64,000 nt of DNA from an uncultured Eubacteriales bacterium (GTDB lineage Bacteria; Bacillota; Clostridia; Christensenellales; UBA1242): positions 24,002 to 88,001 of the forward strand of contig CAOQYA010000002.1 of the NCBI GenBank assembly GCA_948514155.1, written 5' to 3'. This document shows, one piece after another, positions 24,347 to 32,915 of this stretch. The translations under genes were made by a program, and so were the position numbers. The notes under the pieces were generated by a model, which searched no databases, had not been told where the DNA came from, and saw nothing but the letters and a program-made list of their open reading frames with translations. Numbering within the stretch: the stretch's first letter is position 1; the number at the start of each line of letters is the position of its first letter.

Positions 24347-25375
24347 TTAGTTTATTTTAATTTTTGTTGCCACATCCTTTCGCATATCTTCGCTGATTGC
24401 TGCATAATGCTTCTTTGTGGTGTTGACGTCGCGGTGACCAAGAACGTCGGCAACGATGTAAATGTCCTTTGTTTCACGATACAAGTTAGTGCCAAATGTG
24501 CTGCGCAGTTTGTGCGGAGAAATTTTTTTGAGGGGAGTTGCTTCTCTGGCAAATTTCTTAACAAGATTTTCAACTGCTCGAGTTGATATGCGTTTCTTTT
24601 GAAGGCTGACAAACATGGCATGCTCAATTTCGTCAAGACCAAGTGTTGCCCGCTTTTTAAGCCAGATTTTAAGCGCATCGGCAACTTCTTCGGAAAAATA
24701 TAGCACTGTTTGATTTCCGCCTTTTCGCGTGACTTTAAAGGCATTTTGTGAAAAGTCGAAATCTTCGATATTCAGGCCGATACACTCGGAAATACGAATG
24801 CCGGTGCCAAGAAAAAGGGTGACAAGGGCGTTGTCGCGTTCTTTTGTGTTTTCATTGTAAGCTTTTTGGCGCTTCGAAAATGTGTTATTCGCAGAAACGG
24901 CGTCAATCATTCTGGAAACTTCGTCGGGCTCAAGGCGAATAATCTCTTTGTTGTGCAGTTTTGGAGTCTGAACTTTGCTCGCCACATTTGAAGAGATAAG
25001 GTCGTGATTGAAAAGATATTTGAAAAGGCTGCGCACAGCTGCGAGCTTTCTTGCTTTGCCGCGTTCGCCATTTTTAATGATTTTCCCTTCCATTTCATAG
25101 TAGGAAAGGTGGGAAAGAAATTGTTCAATTATGTTCGATTTTAGACCGCTAAGGTCATTAAGCGAGATTTCGCTCTTTTTTTTGTGTAAGTTTTCCGCTA
25201 AAAAGTCAAAAAAGATATTAAGGTCCATTGCGTAGTTGAGCCTTGTAAGCGAAGAGGAGTTGTTTTCAATGCCGATAAAGAAGTCATAGCAAAAATCCGG
25301 CAGTTCTGCGGTGCGCTGCCTTATCTTCCTCTGATTTGTTAAATCTCTTTTTTCAAAGTAGGAAAGCGTTTTCAT
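24347..25375 (-). CDS. Tyrosine site-specific recombinase (Xer/phage-integrase family)
   Basis: Catalytic region LRSTFGTNLY...ADVLGHRDVNTTKKHY (R..H-x-x-R..Y) and an N-terminal SAM-like core-binding domain. Start is either ATG 25375 (leaderless relative to the candidate promoter) or ATG 25393. Confidence 0.85.
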   Translation of the reverse strand: MKTLSYFEKRDLTNQRKIRQRTAELPDFCYDFFIGIENNSSSLTRLNYAMDLNIFFDFLAENLHKKKSEISLNDLSGLKSNIIEQFLSHLSYYEMEGKIIKNGERGKARKLAAVRSLFKYLFNHDLISSNVASKVQTPKLHNKEIIRLEPDEVSRMIDAVSANNTFSKRQKAYNENTKERDNALVTLFLGTGIRISECIGLNIEDFDFSQNAFKVTRKGGNQTVLYFSEEVADALKIWLKKRATLGLDEIEHAMFVSLQKKRISTRAVENLVKKFAREATPLKKISPHKLRSTFGTNLYRETKDIYIVADVLGHRDVNTTKKHYAAISEDMRKDVATKIKIN

Positions 25376-25381
25376 GCTCTT

Positions 25382-25410
25382 ATTATACAACATCCACTAG
25401 TTTTTGTAAA
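25382..25410 (-). promoter_or_regulatory. Candidate sigma-A promoter of the recombinase gene (leaderless arrangement)
   Basis: On the minus strand: TTTACA (25410-25405), 17 nt, TATAAT (25387-25382), 6 nt, then ATG 25375. Confidence 0.5.
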
Positions 25411-25430
25411 ATGATTTAATATACAAGATA

Positions 25431-25450
25431 TTGTGTGTATTATGACATAA
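25431..25450 (-). repeat. Copy 3 of the dispersed motif (TTATGTCATAATACACACAA), inverted relative to copies 1 and 2
   Basis: The plus strand reads TTGTGTGTATTATGACATAA. It lies about 20 bp upstream of the recombinase -35 box. Confidence 0.7.
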
Positions 25451-25563
25451 CACTTAGTATTATGTTTAAAAAAATTGTAAATGTATCTCACTTATTTGAC
25501 ATATTTTTTCAATTGTTTTAAACTTTAGTTTAAAGATATAAATTATGGAGGCAAGAAGAAAAA

Positions 25564-26850
25564 ATGATTGATATCAATGTGCTTAGAAACAGCCCGGAAC
25601 TTGTGAAGGAGAATATTAAACGCAAGTTTCAAGACAAAAAACTTCCACTCGTTGACGAAGTTATCGAACTTGACAAGAAAAACAGGCTTTTGAAGAAAGA
25701 GGGCGACGAGCGTAGGAGTAAGAGAAATTCGCTTAGCAGCCAAATCGGGCTTCTTATGCGTGAAGGCAAGAAGGCAGAAGCAGAAGAAATCAAGAAGGAT
25801 GTTTCGGCTAACAATCAAAGAATTGTTGAAATTGAGAAAGAGGAAGAGGAAATTTCTGCTCGCATTAAGCAAATAATGATGACAATTCCTAACTTTGTTG
25901 CGGCTGATGTGCCAGTTGGCAAAGATGACAGCGAAAATGTGCAACTTGAAACATTTCTAGAGGCAAAAGAAAAGCCTTTTGATGTGCCTTATCACACTGA
26001 TATTCTTGAAAAACTGGGCGGAATTGACCTTGACAGCGCCCGCAGAACAAGCGGACAAGGCTTCTATTATCTGACCGGTGACATCGCACGACTGCACTCG
26101 GCGGTGCTGACATATGCACGAGATTTTATGATTGACCGCGGCTTCACATATGTTATTCCGCCTTACATGATAAGGTCTGATGTGGTTAGCGGAGTTATGT
26201 CATTCGACGAAATGGACAACATGATGTATAAAATCGAAGGCGAAGACCTTTATCTTATTGGCACAAGTGAACATTCCATGATTGGCAAGTTCATGAACAC
26301 TATCATTGACGAGAACAAACTTCCGCTCACGCTGACAAGTTATTCGCCTTGCTTTAGAAAAGAAAAGGGCGCACACGGCATTGAAGAGCGCGGAATTTAC
26401 AGAATTCACCAGTTTGAAAAACAAGAAATGATTGTGATTTGCAAGCCAGAAGAGAGCGAATATTGGTATAATCAACTTTGGAAAAACACCGTGGACTTCT
26501 TTGTTTCCATGGAAATTCCTGTCAGAACGCTCGCTTGCTGCACGGGCGACCTTGCAGACCTTAAATACAAGAGCCTCGATGTTGAGGCTTGGAGCCCAAG
26601 ACAGAAGAAATATTTCGAAGTTGGCTCTTGCTCAAATCTCACAGACGCTCAGGCGCGCCGCCTTGGAATTAGATTTAAAACAGCGCAGGGCAATGTTTAT
26701 GCGCACACTTTAAACAACACTGTTGTTGCGCCGCCAAGAATGCTTATTGCGTTTATCGAAAATCACCTTAACGCAGACGGCAGCATATATATTCCGCCAG
26801 TTTTAAGACCATATATGGGCGGGAAAGATAAGATTGAGGTTAAAAACTAA
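25564..26850 (+). CDS. serS: Seryl-tRNA synthetase
   Basis: N-terminal coiled-coil arm and class II motifs (FRKEKGAHG, the RIHQFEKQE region, GSCSNLTDAQARR). Confidence 0.95.
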   Translation: MIDINVLRNSPELVKENIKRKFQDKKLPLVDEVIELDKKNRLLKKEGDERRSKRNSLSSQIGLLMREGKKAEAEEIKKDVSANNQRIVEIEKEEEEISARIKQIMMTIPNFVAADVPVGKDDSENVQLETFLEAKEKPFDVPYHTDILEKLGGIDLDSARRTSGQGFYYLTGDIARLHSAVLTYARDFMIDRGFTYVIPPYMIRSDVVSGVMSFDEMDNMMYKIEGEDLYLIGTSEHSMIGKFMNTIIDENKLPLTLTSYSPCFRKEKGAHGIEERGIYRIHQFEKQEMIVICKPEESEYWYNQLWKNTVDFFVSMEIPVRTLACCTGDLADLKYKSLDVEAWSPRQKKYFEVGSCSNLTDAQARRLGIRFKTAQGNVYAHTLNNTVVAPPRMLIAFIENHLNADGSIYIPPVLRPYMGGKDKIEVKN

Positions 26851-26886
26851 CTCGCAAAGCGGATATGTGAATTAAATGGAGGAAAA

Positions 26887-27849
26887 ATGAAAGGAATTTC
26901 AAAGAAACTTATCGAAGCAATCGCCAAAAGTGAAAATGAACAGTTCGCTGAAGAGACCGAAAAAAAGGTTGCTGCGCTTGTTTCGCTTGCTGTTGAAGAC
27001 CTTTCAAAAACGGTGCCATTTATCAGCGTGCAGAATTGTTTGTTGCAGCCTGTGAACGAAACTTTTAACGGCGCAATAACTCCTGACAGTGAATTTATCT
27101 ATTTTCTTGGCTTTGAAAGCCCTCAAATTGAACTTAACTGCGTTCAATACAACGACGGCTGGAAGAAGTTTAAAGAAAGGCTTATCTACGCTTGGAACGC
27201 CTCAAAACGCAAAAAGAAAAAGAAAAGAAGGAAAAAAGGCGAGCCTCAAGAACTTGCCGTGACTGCATATGAATATCAGGATGCGGGAAAATACAATCTG
27301 GGCGCACTCAAGGAAGATTTGCAAAAAGCGTTTGTTAAAAATTTAACTACAACAAGCATTGTTTACAATCAAGAGCGCTATCTTCGAGTTATCGGTCGAG
27401 ACGAATTCGGCTCGAAGACGCAGATTTACATTTATCCATGCATTATGGACGGCAACGATTTCAAATTTTTCATAAGCCGCAAAAAAGGCTTTTACACAAT
27501 AAACTTTGAAAATCGAGTGAAGTTCCTAAATGAAAAAATGGAGAAAGTGGGTGAGAATTTCCTTTCAATGATTAAAATCTTAAACACCATGTTCAGAAAC
27601 ACGCGCAACAGTTCAATTCCAAATCAGATTTTTATTGAAAGTTTGTTATATAACACTCCGGACGAATTGTTTGAAGGCAGCGACATTTACGAGGTGTTTA
27701 TAAAAATCGTGAATTTCCTTAACATGACTGATGTCAGCCAGTTTAAAAGTATTTTGAATGCAGACATGAAGATATCAGAGGATAAGGCAACAAAATCAAA
27801 TCAAATTGCATTCGTTAAATTCTTAGGTTCTTTGAATGAAATAAATTAG
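26887..27849 (+). CDS. Hypothetical protein with an internal poly-Lys/Arg tract
   Basis: 320 aa with tract SKRKKKKKRRKKGE. The C-terminal IFIESLLYNTPDELF segment is reminiscent of nucleotidyltransferase-fold helper domains, but no clear GS/DxD motif is present. Confidence 0.45.
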   Translation: MKGISKKLIEAIAKSENEQFAEETEKKVAALVSLAVEDLSKTVPFISVQNCLLQPVNETFNGAITPDSEFIYFLGFESPQIELNCVQYNDGWKKFKERLIYAWNASKRKKKKKRRKKGEPQELAVTAYEYQDAGKYNLGALKEDLQKAFVKNLTTTSIVYNQERYLRVIGRDEFGSKTQIYIYPCIMDGNDFKFFISRKKGFYTINFENRVKFLNEKMEKVGENFLSMIKILNTMFRNTRNSSIPNQIFIESLLYNTPDELFEGSDIYEVFIKIVNFLNMTDVSQFKSILNADMKISEDKATKSNQIAFVKFLGSLNEIN

Positions 27850-27919
27850 TTTGTTTCGCTAATCAAATTTAAAAAAAGACATGTTTCATAATACCGGAAA
27901 AAACTTTTATTGAAAAATT

Positions 27920-27965
27920 GAGAGATATTGTAGTTATATAAAAATAACATAATATCTCTCTTTTT
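27920..27965 (+). terminator. Rho-independent terminator after the 320-aa ORF
   Basis: GAGAGATATT (27920-27929) pairs with AATATCTCTC (27951-27960), followed by T5. Confidence 0.7.
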
Positions 27966-27981
27966 CAGAGTATTATATCAC

Positions 27982-28017
27982 TATCTATGCGCAAAACCTG
28001 TCTTTTGCGCATAGATA
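27982..28017. promoter_or_regulatory. Perfect 15-bp-arm palindrome (operator or hairpin) upstream of the PadR-like gene
   Basis: TATCTATGCGCAAAA-cctgtc-TTTTGCGCATAGATA. Confidence 0.5.
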
Positions 28018-28036
28018 CGCGTGTTTTAAAAATTGT

Positions 28037-28097
28037 TATTATGTCTTCATAATACCCCCTAATTTGTTTGACATCGCCTACTCTAATGAGATATAAT
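28037..28097 (+). promoter_or_regulatory. Promoter of the PadR-like gene, preceded by a degenerate copy of the dispersed palindromic motif
   Basis: TATTATG-tctt-CATAATA (28037-28054). TTGACA (28068-28073), 18 nt, then TATAAT (28092-28097). Confidence 0.55.
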
Positions 28098-28117
28098 GCC
28101 TATAGAGGGTGAAAAAT

Positions 28118-29752
28118 ATGGAAGTTTTAGCAAAGGGGCAACTCTCATACATGATACTCTCCTGCCTTAGCGACAGAGACATGTATGGCCTTGAACTTAT
28201 AGATGAAATTAAAGCGCGTTACGGAAGAGAAATTAAACTTCCGAGTTTATATTCTAACATTAACAGAATGAAGGAACTTAAATACATATCTTCATATCTG
28301 AAAGAAAGCACAAAAGGCCCCAAATGCTCATATTCGAGTATCACCGAGGCCGGACGCAAAGAACTGGAAGAACTTGAAAAAGAGTTTAGTGGAATAAGTT
28401 TCTCTCAGCCAGAGTCTAAAAAAGAAGTGGAGCCGGAAGTTGACGATTTTACGAGAGCGCTCTTTGGCGCATATATTCCTCCTGCGTCCCCTATTGAAGA
28501 GGAAAACCCTAGCGACGATTATAACGACTATTTCTCTTTTTCAGACAATGAAGAAGAGGCTAAGCAAGAAGCGCAGGAAGAAAAGGCGCCTAGTTTTGTT
28601 ATGCAAGAAAAAATTGCTGTTGACCAGATTGAACGAGAAGAAAATTCTGTTGAAATAAAAGTTCAGCAACCTCAAGAGGCTGAACTTGACTCTGCACGCG
28701 AAGAGCAGTCGCAAGAAGCCCAGCAATACAATCAGAAAGTATATGCCGCGGCAAAAGATTTTTCTAAGAACAAAAACAAGCGTTCATATTCTGAAAATCA
28801 GATTGAACTTGCTCTTTCTACCTCTCCTGCTCGCTCAGAAGAAGTTGTAAAGCAAGATTTGACAGAACTTAAGTCGGCACTCCTCTCCTCCCGTCAAGGC
28901 CATTATGAAGAAATAAAAGTGCCAGAGCCAAAGCAGACGCTGGTCACAATTGACGAGGCTTCGAAGGAGACTTTGCCTGCTGCTGCGCCTGAAACTACTC
29001 CTATCAAAGAGGAAACACGCGAGGACGACGGCAGATTTATCACTGATAGACTTTCAGAGGACGCCATTCCAAAGCCAAAGCGCATTGACCCGCCAAGACT
29101 TAACATCTTAGTTCAAAATTATGATAGAAAACTGCCAGCGCCGAAGCGAAATGTGGCAGTTGACCCAACTTGCAGTGATGTTAAGGCAAAACTTGAAAGC
29201 CTCTATGCCAAGGCAGAGGTCAAGAAAGAGCCTGTTTATGAGGTTAACGACTTTGAGAACTATGACGACCTTAAAAGATATTTTGCTTCGCAAGAAGTTG
29301 AATTTAAAGTGTATGAAAAAATGGCGAAGCGACCAAAGCATAACACAAACTTCCTTAAACTTTGCATCAGCCTTGCAATGCTTGGCATTGTGGGGGTTGG
29401 CAGCGCGATAATGTATCTCATTTTCAGCCTTTGCGGCCTGACAAGTGCGGCAACAAACTTTGTTTATTATCTCTTCCCTATCATTGCGGCCGTGTTTGCA
29501 CTGTATAATTTCTATAACTATAAAACAACTCAAAGTAAAGTTCCAACTAAGATATGGCATCCGGCGATTGTTTGGAGTATGTTTGCCTGCCTGATTGCGA
29601 TTATCTTCCTTCTTAACTATGTTTGTGGCATGCCGTTTAATGAAATTAACTCCTATTTCTCGACAATCTTAGTTCCGGTGTTTGCAGCCGGCTGCGCGAC
29701 GATTGGAATTTACTACATTCAAATTTTCGCATATAAAAAATGGTGGAAATAG
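28118..29752 (+). CDS. Membrane-anchored PadR-like transcriptional regulator: N-terminal wHTH, long acidic linker, C-terminal about 4 TM
   Basis: N-terminus LSYMILSCLSDRDMYGLELIDEIKARYG...LPSLYSNINRMKELKYI is PadR-like. About 270 aa are E/Q/K/P-rich. The C-terminus has four hydrophobic helices. Confidence 0.6.
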   Translation: MEVLAKGQLSYMILSCLSDRDMYGLELIDEIKARYGREIKLPSLYSNINRMKELKYISSYLKESTKGPKCSYSSITEAGRKELEELEKEFSGISFSQPESKKEVEPEVDDFTRALFGAYIPPASPIEEENPSDDYNDYFSFSDNEEEAKQEAQEEKAPSFVMQEKIAVDQIEREENSVEIKVQQPQEAELDSAREEQSQEAQQYNQKVYAAAKDFSKNKNKRSYSENQIELALSTSPARSEEVVKQDLTELKSALLSSRQGHYEEIKVPEPKQTLVTIDEASKETLPAAAPETTPIKEETREDDGRFITDRLSEDAIPKPKRIDPPRLNILVQNYDRKLPAPKRNVAVDPTCSDVKAKLESLYAKAEVKKEPVYEVNDFENYDDLKRYFASQEVEFKVYEKMAKRPKHNTNFLKLCISLAMLGIVGVGSAIMYLIFSLCGLTSAATNFVYYLFPIIAAVFALYNFYNYKTTQSKVPTKIWHPAIVWSMFACLIAIIFLLNYVCGMPFNEINSYFSTILVPVFAAGCATIGIYYIQIFAYKKWWK

Positions 29753-29794
29753 AGCTGTGGGGGCAATCAACTCACTTAACAAGGAAAAAACTGA

Positions 29795-30286
29795 ATGAGA
29801 AATCTAATCATTGTAGATATGCAAAAAGGACAAATGAGAGAAGGAAATTCTTCCCTCATTTCTTCTATTAACAAATATTTAAATGAAAACAAGTTTGAAA
29901 ATGTTTTTTATACGCGCTATTTCAATCACGAAGAAAGTTTGTTCTACTCTGTTTTGGAATATAAACAAATGCTTAGTGAAGACGAAATTGATATTTGTGT
30001 TGATAGTGTTGAAGATAGTTTTATATTCCCAAAAGAAACATATTCCCTCGCAAAAGAGCAGATTGCATATTTAAAAAACATGGGACTTAAAGAAATGTAT
30101 CTATGCGGCACAGATATAGACGCTTGCATTCTAGCCATTGCATTTCAACTTTTTGATAACGGCATTCGGCCCTACTTTATTTGGCCGCTATGTGCAACGA
30201 AGAATAAAGACAAATCAATAAAAGAAGCAATCAAGCCGCTGTTTCGTCGAAACTTTGGAGAAGATTGCATTGTAGAAAAAATTTAA
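29795..30286 (+). CDS. Isochorismatase-family (cysteine hydrolase) protein
   Basis: LIIVDMQKG and LCGTDIDACILAIAFQLFDNG. Confidence 0.65.
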   Translation: MRNLIIVDMQKGQMREGNSSLISSINKYLNENKFENVFYTRYFNHEESLFYSVLEYKQMLSEDEIDICVDSVEDSFIFPKETYSLAKEQIAYLKNMGLKEMYLCGTDIDACILAIAFQLFDNGIRPYFIWPLCATKNKDKSIKEAIKPLFRRNFGEDCIVEKI

Positions 30287-30380
30287 AATAATGTGTGAAT
30301 AATAGCGCTGAAACTGCACATGATACTAATAGGTCGTGAAAACCGCGGCCATAAATAAAGAGGAAAACGAACCGCTGTTT

Positions 30381-31109
30381 TTAACATTTGACCGTGTTAT
30401 CAACTACATCATTTTCGTTTTCTTCTTTTTTTATAAATTGGCTAAGGTAGTCGTCCCATTCAGGCGTATTCACCTCTATAAAATACTGCCTTAAAAAATT
30501 AACAACGAAGTCATGTCTAATCTTTGCTTCCATTTTGCCAGGTTGTGTCAACATAATATATTTTAATCTAAGGATTTTTTCGAATAAGTGGCAAACAACA
30601 CTTTCTGAACAAGGCCTATTATAAGTGGTTGGGTTTATATCTTCTAATGGCCATGCATCCCTGTTAAAAAAAGGTTTGTCGTGTTTGCTGCAATATTTTA
30701 ATGTTCGAAGTATTCCGTTAGCACCTATTGATTCACACATATCTGCGTCCGAAACAATTTGGCCTTCGATAGAACTAGGGCGACAACCTTTTAAATATTT
30801 TGAATACCCTATTTTAGAAATTTCATTTAGTATTAAATTTTTTGATGTGTTATTGATTTCAATTTGACTTAATATATTATGTGCATTTGTTTGTTGATTT
30901 TGATTTTTAATGCCAAACAATTTGTAGTCATCTACATCATGTAAAAGCGCGATTGCTACGACGAGGCTTTTGTTGCACTTTTCCTCTTTTGCAAATTTAA
31001 GAGATAATGCCATGACATTTTTTATATGTTCCATATCATGACCAGAATTGTCGTTACTTAAAATTTCTGAAACTAATCTTTCGATTTTTGCTAAATCAAT
31101 ATTTTCCAT
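30381..31109 (-). CDS. HD-domain phosphohydrolase
   Basis: HDMEHIKNV...ALLHDVDD (H...HD...D). Confidence 0.7.
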   Translation of the reverse strand: MENIDLAKIERLVSEILSNDNSGHDMEHIKNVMALSLKFAKEEKCNKSLVVAIALLHDVDDYKLFGIKNQNQQTNAHNILSQIEINNTSKNLILNEISKIGYSKYLKGCRPSSIEGQIVSDADMCESIGANGILRTLKYCSKHDKPFFNRDAWPLEDINPTTYNRPCSESVVCHLFEKILRLKYIMLTQPGKMEAKIRHDFVVNFLRQYFIEVNTPEWDDYLSQFIKKEENENDVVDNTVKC

Positions 31110-31145
31110 ATAGAGAGTATAGCATAAACTAACTATTTTTCATAC

Positions 31146-31739
31146 TCAAATACTGTCTCGTTTTGATTTTTTCTTTATCAACCTCACAACCAGTTCGTAA
31201 ATCGCAAACAGTGCGAGCAGACCTACTGAAATATAGAGAATAACAAGTTCACTGCCGGCAAAAAGCAGGCAAACGCCGAGAATAATGCTGCAGGAAATTA
31301 AACTGCCTATCGCGATTGCGACAAGGCTTTGCCAGATTTTGAGATTTGTGCAGCCGGCGACCACGCTCCCCGACCAAACTCCCGTCATTGGCAGCGGAAT
31401 TGCAACGAAGCCGCACAGTAGCGCAAGCTTCTTGAAAGTGGATTTTTGAGTTGAAAGTTTGTTTACCTTATTCATATATCGCTCTTGCACAAAGCCGGTG
31501 AAAAATCGGTTTTTTATTTTCCGTGTTGCCAAAACAACTGGCAGCGCCGGCAAAACGCTGCCGACAAAGGCGCAAATGAGCGCCAAATATGGCGGAAGTG
31601 TGTTATTTTCAAGCAGGCTGACGCTTAGCGCAAATGGCAGTGCAATTCTTCCCTCTAGTGTGGGAATAAGGGAAATTAAAATCACCGCCAGCCAGATATT
31701 ATCAGCGAAAAATTCTGCAAAACTCTCGAGCATAAGCAC
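31146..31739 (-). CDS. Small membrane protein (COG2426-like putative small multidrug export protein)
   Basis: About 5 TM, with EGRIALPFAL and IPLPMTGVWSGSVVA motifs recalled from that family. Confidence 0.45.
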   Translation of the reverse strand: MLMLESFAEFFADNIWLAVILISLIPTLEGRIALPFALSVSLLENNTLPPYLALICAFVGSVLPALPVVLATRKIKNRFFTGFVQERYMNKVNKLSTQKSTFKKLALLCGFVAIPLPMTGVWSGSVVAGCTNLKIWQSLVAIAIGSLISCSIILGVCLLFAGSELVILYISVGLLALFAIYELVVRLIKKKSKRDSI

Positions 31740-31915
31740 CTCTTTTTAACTCTTTAGAGTATGTTTATTCGACATGTTTTGCAAATATGCGCACGAAAAA
31801 CGAGCACAGTGATGACGTCGTGCTTTTAAAAAATTGTAAATCGAAGTATAAATTTAAGATTGAATAATTTTATTAAGTTTTAGTATTTCTCTTTTATTTT
31901 TCTATGTTTTTCGCG

Positions 31916-32770
31916 TTATTTTAAGTTTAGCATATAAAGATTTCTTAAAAAGCCGTTTGCAACTTTTTGTTCATTCACAAATTTTAGCCCAACTTTTTCA
32001 AGTGTTTTGCAACTTCCAATATTGTCGGGATGAGCCATAGAAATAAGATAGTCGAACCCTCGCTCTTTTGCAATGTTAAGTTCCAATTTTTGTAATGTTG
32101 TAGTAATCCCAAGCCCTCTATATTCTGGTAAGACAAGATTTCCTCCTAGTTCTGCAACTTTAATATTTGGCTTCAATCCAAAATCTTTTTTAAAATCCGC
32201 AAGCATATTTTGAGAAACATATAATTGTGCCATTCCTACAAGCTTATCTCCGTCATATGCTCCGTATAATGGGGCATAGTTTTCTTCGTCAAACATACTC
32301 TCATATTCCCACTTTTCATATGGAATAAAATATGCAGGATTTTCTAAATTGTTTAAGACAGTATCAATCAAATCAAACAGTTGTTTGCTATCCTTTTTTG
32401 GAATTTTTTTATATATCAATGAAATTGTGTTGTTGTTTTCGCCTTGTGAAGACGACCATGCAGGATTGCACATGGGCACAAAAACTCCTTTGGTGTTGGC
32501 GTCCCAATAATACCATCTGTTTTTTTCTATGAAAACAGCATCATCTTCTTTCAAATCGTATGCACCATCTTTAAAAATTATCCTGCCCGTTCCGTTTTTG
32601 CAGTATATCATCTCGTCTACTTTAGTATTTCTATACCAGCCACTAAGCGGATGCCTACCTGTTATTTCAACAACTGCGCAATCAATATTTTTTAGGCCAA
32701 ATGGATATTCATAACCTTTACATGTTTTTGTTTCCCATTTTTCTCTTTGTTCACTTTTTACAATTTTCAT
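31916..32770 (-). CDS. Cupin-domain / GNAT acetyltransferase fusion protein
   Basis: N-terminus is cupin-like (EITGRHP...DEMIYCKNGTGRIIF). C-terminus is GNAT (LVLPEYRGLGITTTLQ...). ATG 32770 follows GAGGT. Confidence 0.6.
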   Translation of the reverse strand: MKIVKSEQREKWETKTCKGYEYPFGLKNIDCAVVEITGRHPLSGWYRNTKVDEMIYCKNGTGRIIFKDGAYDLKEDDAVFIEKNRWYYWDANTKGVFVPMCNPAWSSSQGENNNTISLIYKKIPKKDSKQLFDLIDTVLNNLENPAYFIPYEKWEYESMFDEENYAPLYGAYDGDKLVGMAQLYVSQNMLADFKKDFGLKPNIKVAELGGNLVLPEYRGLGITTTLQKLELNIAKERGFDYLISMAHPDNIGSCKTLEKVGLKFVNEQKVANGFLRNLYMLNLK

Positions 32771-32915
32771 ATAGTACCTCACTTGTATTATAGCAAATTA
32801 TATGTTGTTTTGCAAATCAATAACAAAAAAATGAACTTAATAATGAACTTAATATAATTAAGTCCATTTTATAATGCTTAAGTTTAAAATTCAAAAAGGC
32901 ATCTCTGCTCCCCAG

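Noticed and set aside
25431-25470. dif-like Xer site next to the recombinase gene (ACATAA ... TATTATGTTTAAA resembles the XerD arm TTATGTTAAAT)
   Set aside because: The spacing between the putative arms is 8-9 nt instead of 6, and the left arm is poor. This cannot be distinguished by eye from AT-rich promoter sequence. It is kept only as one alternative in the motif finding.
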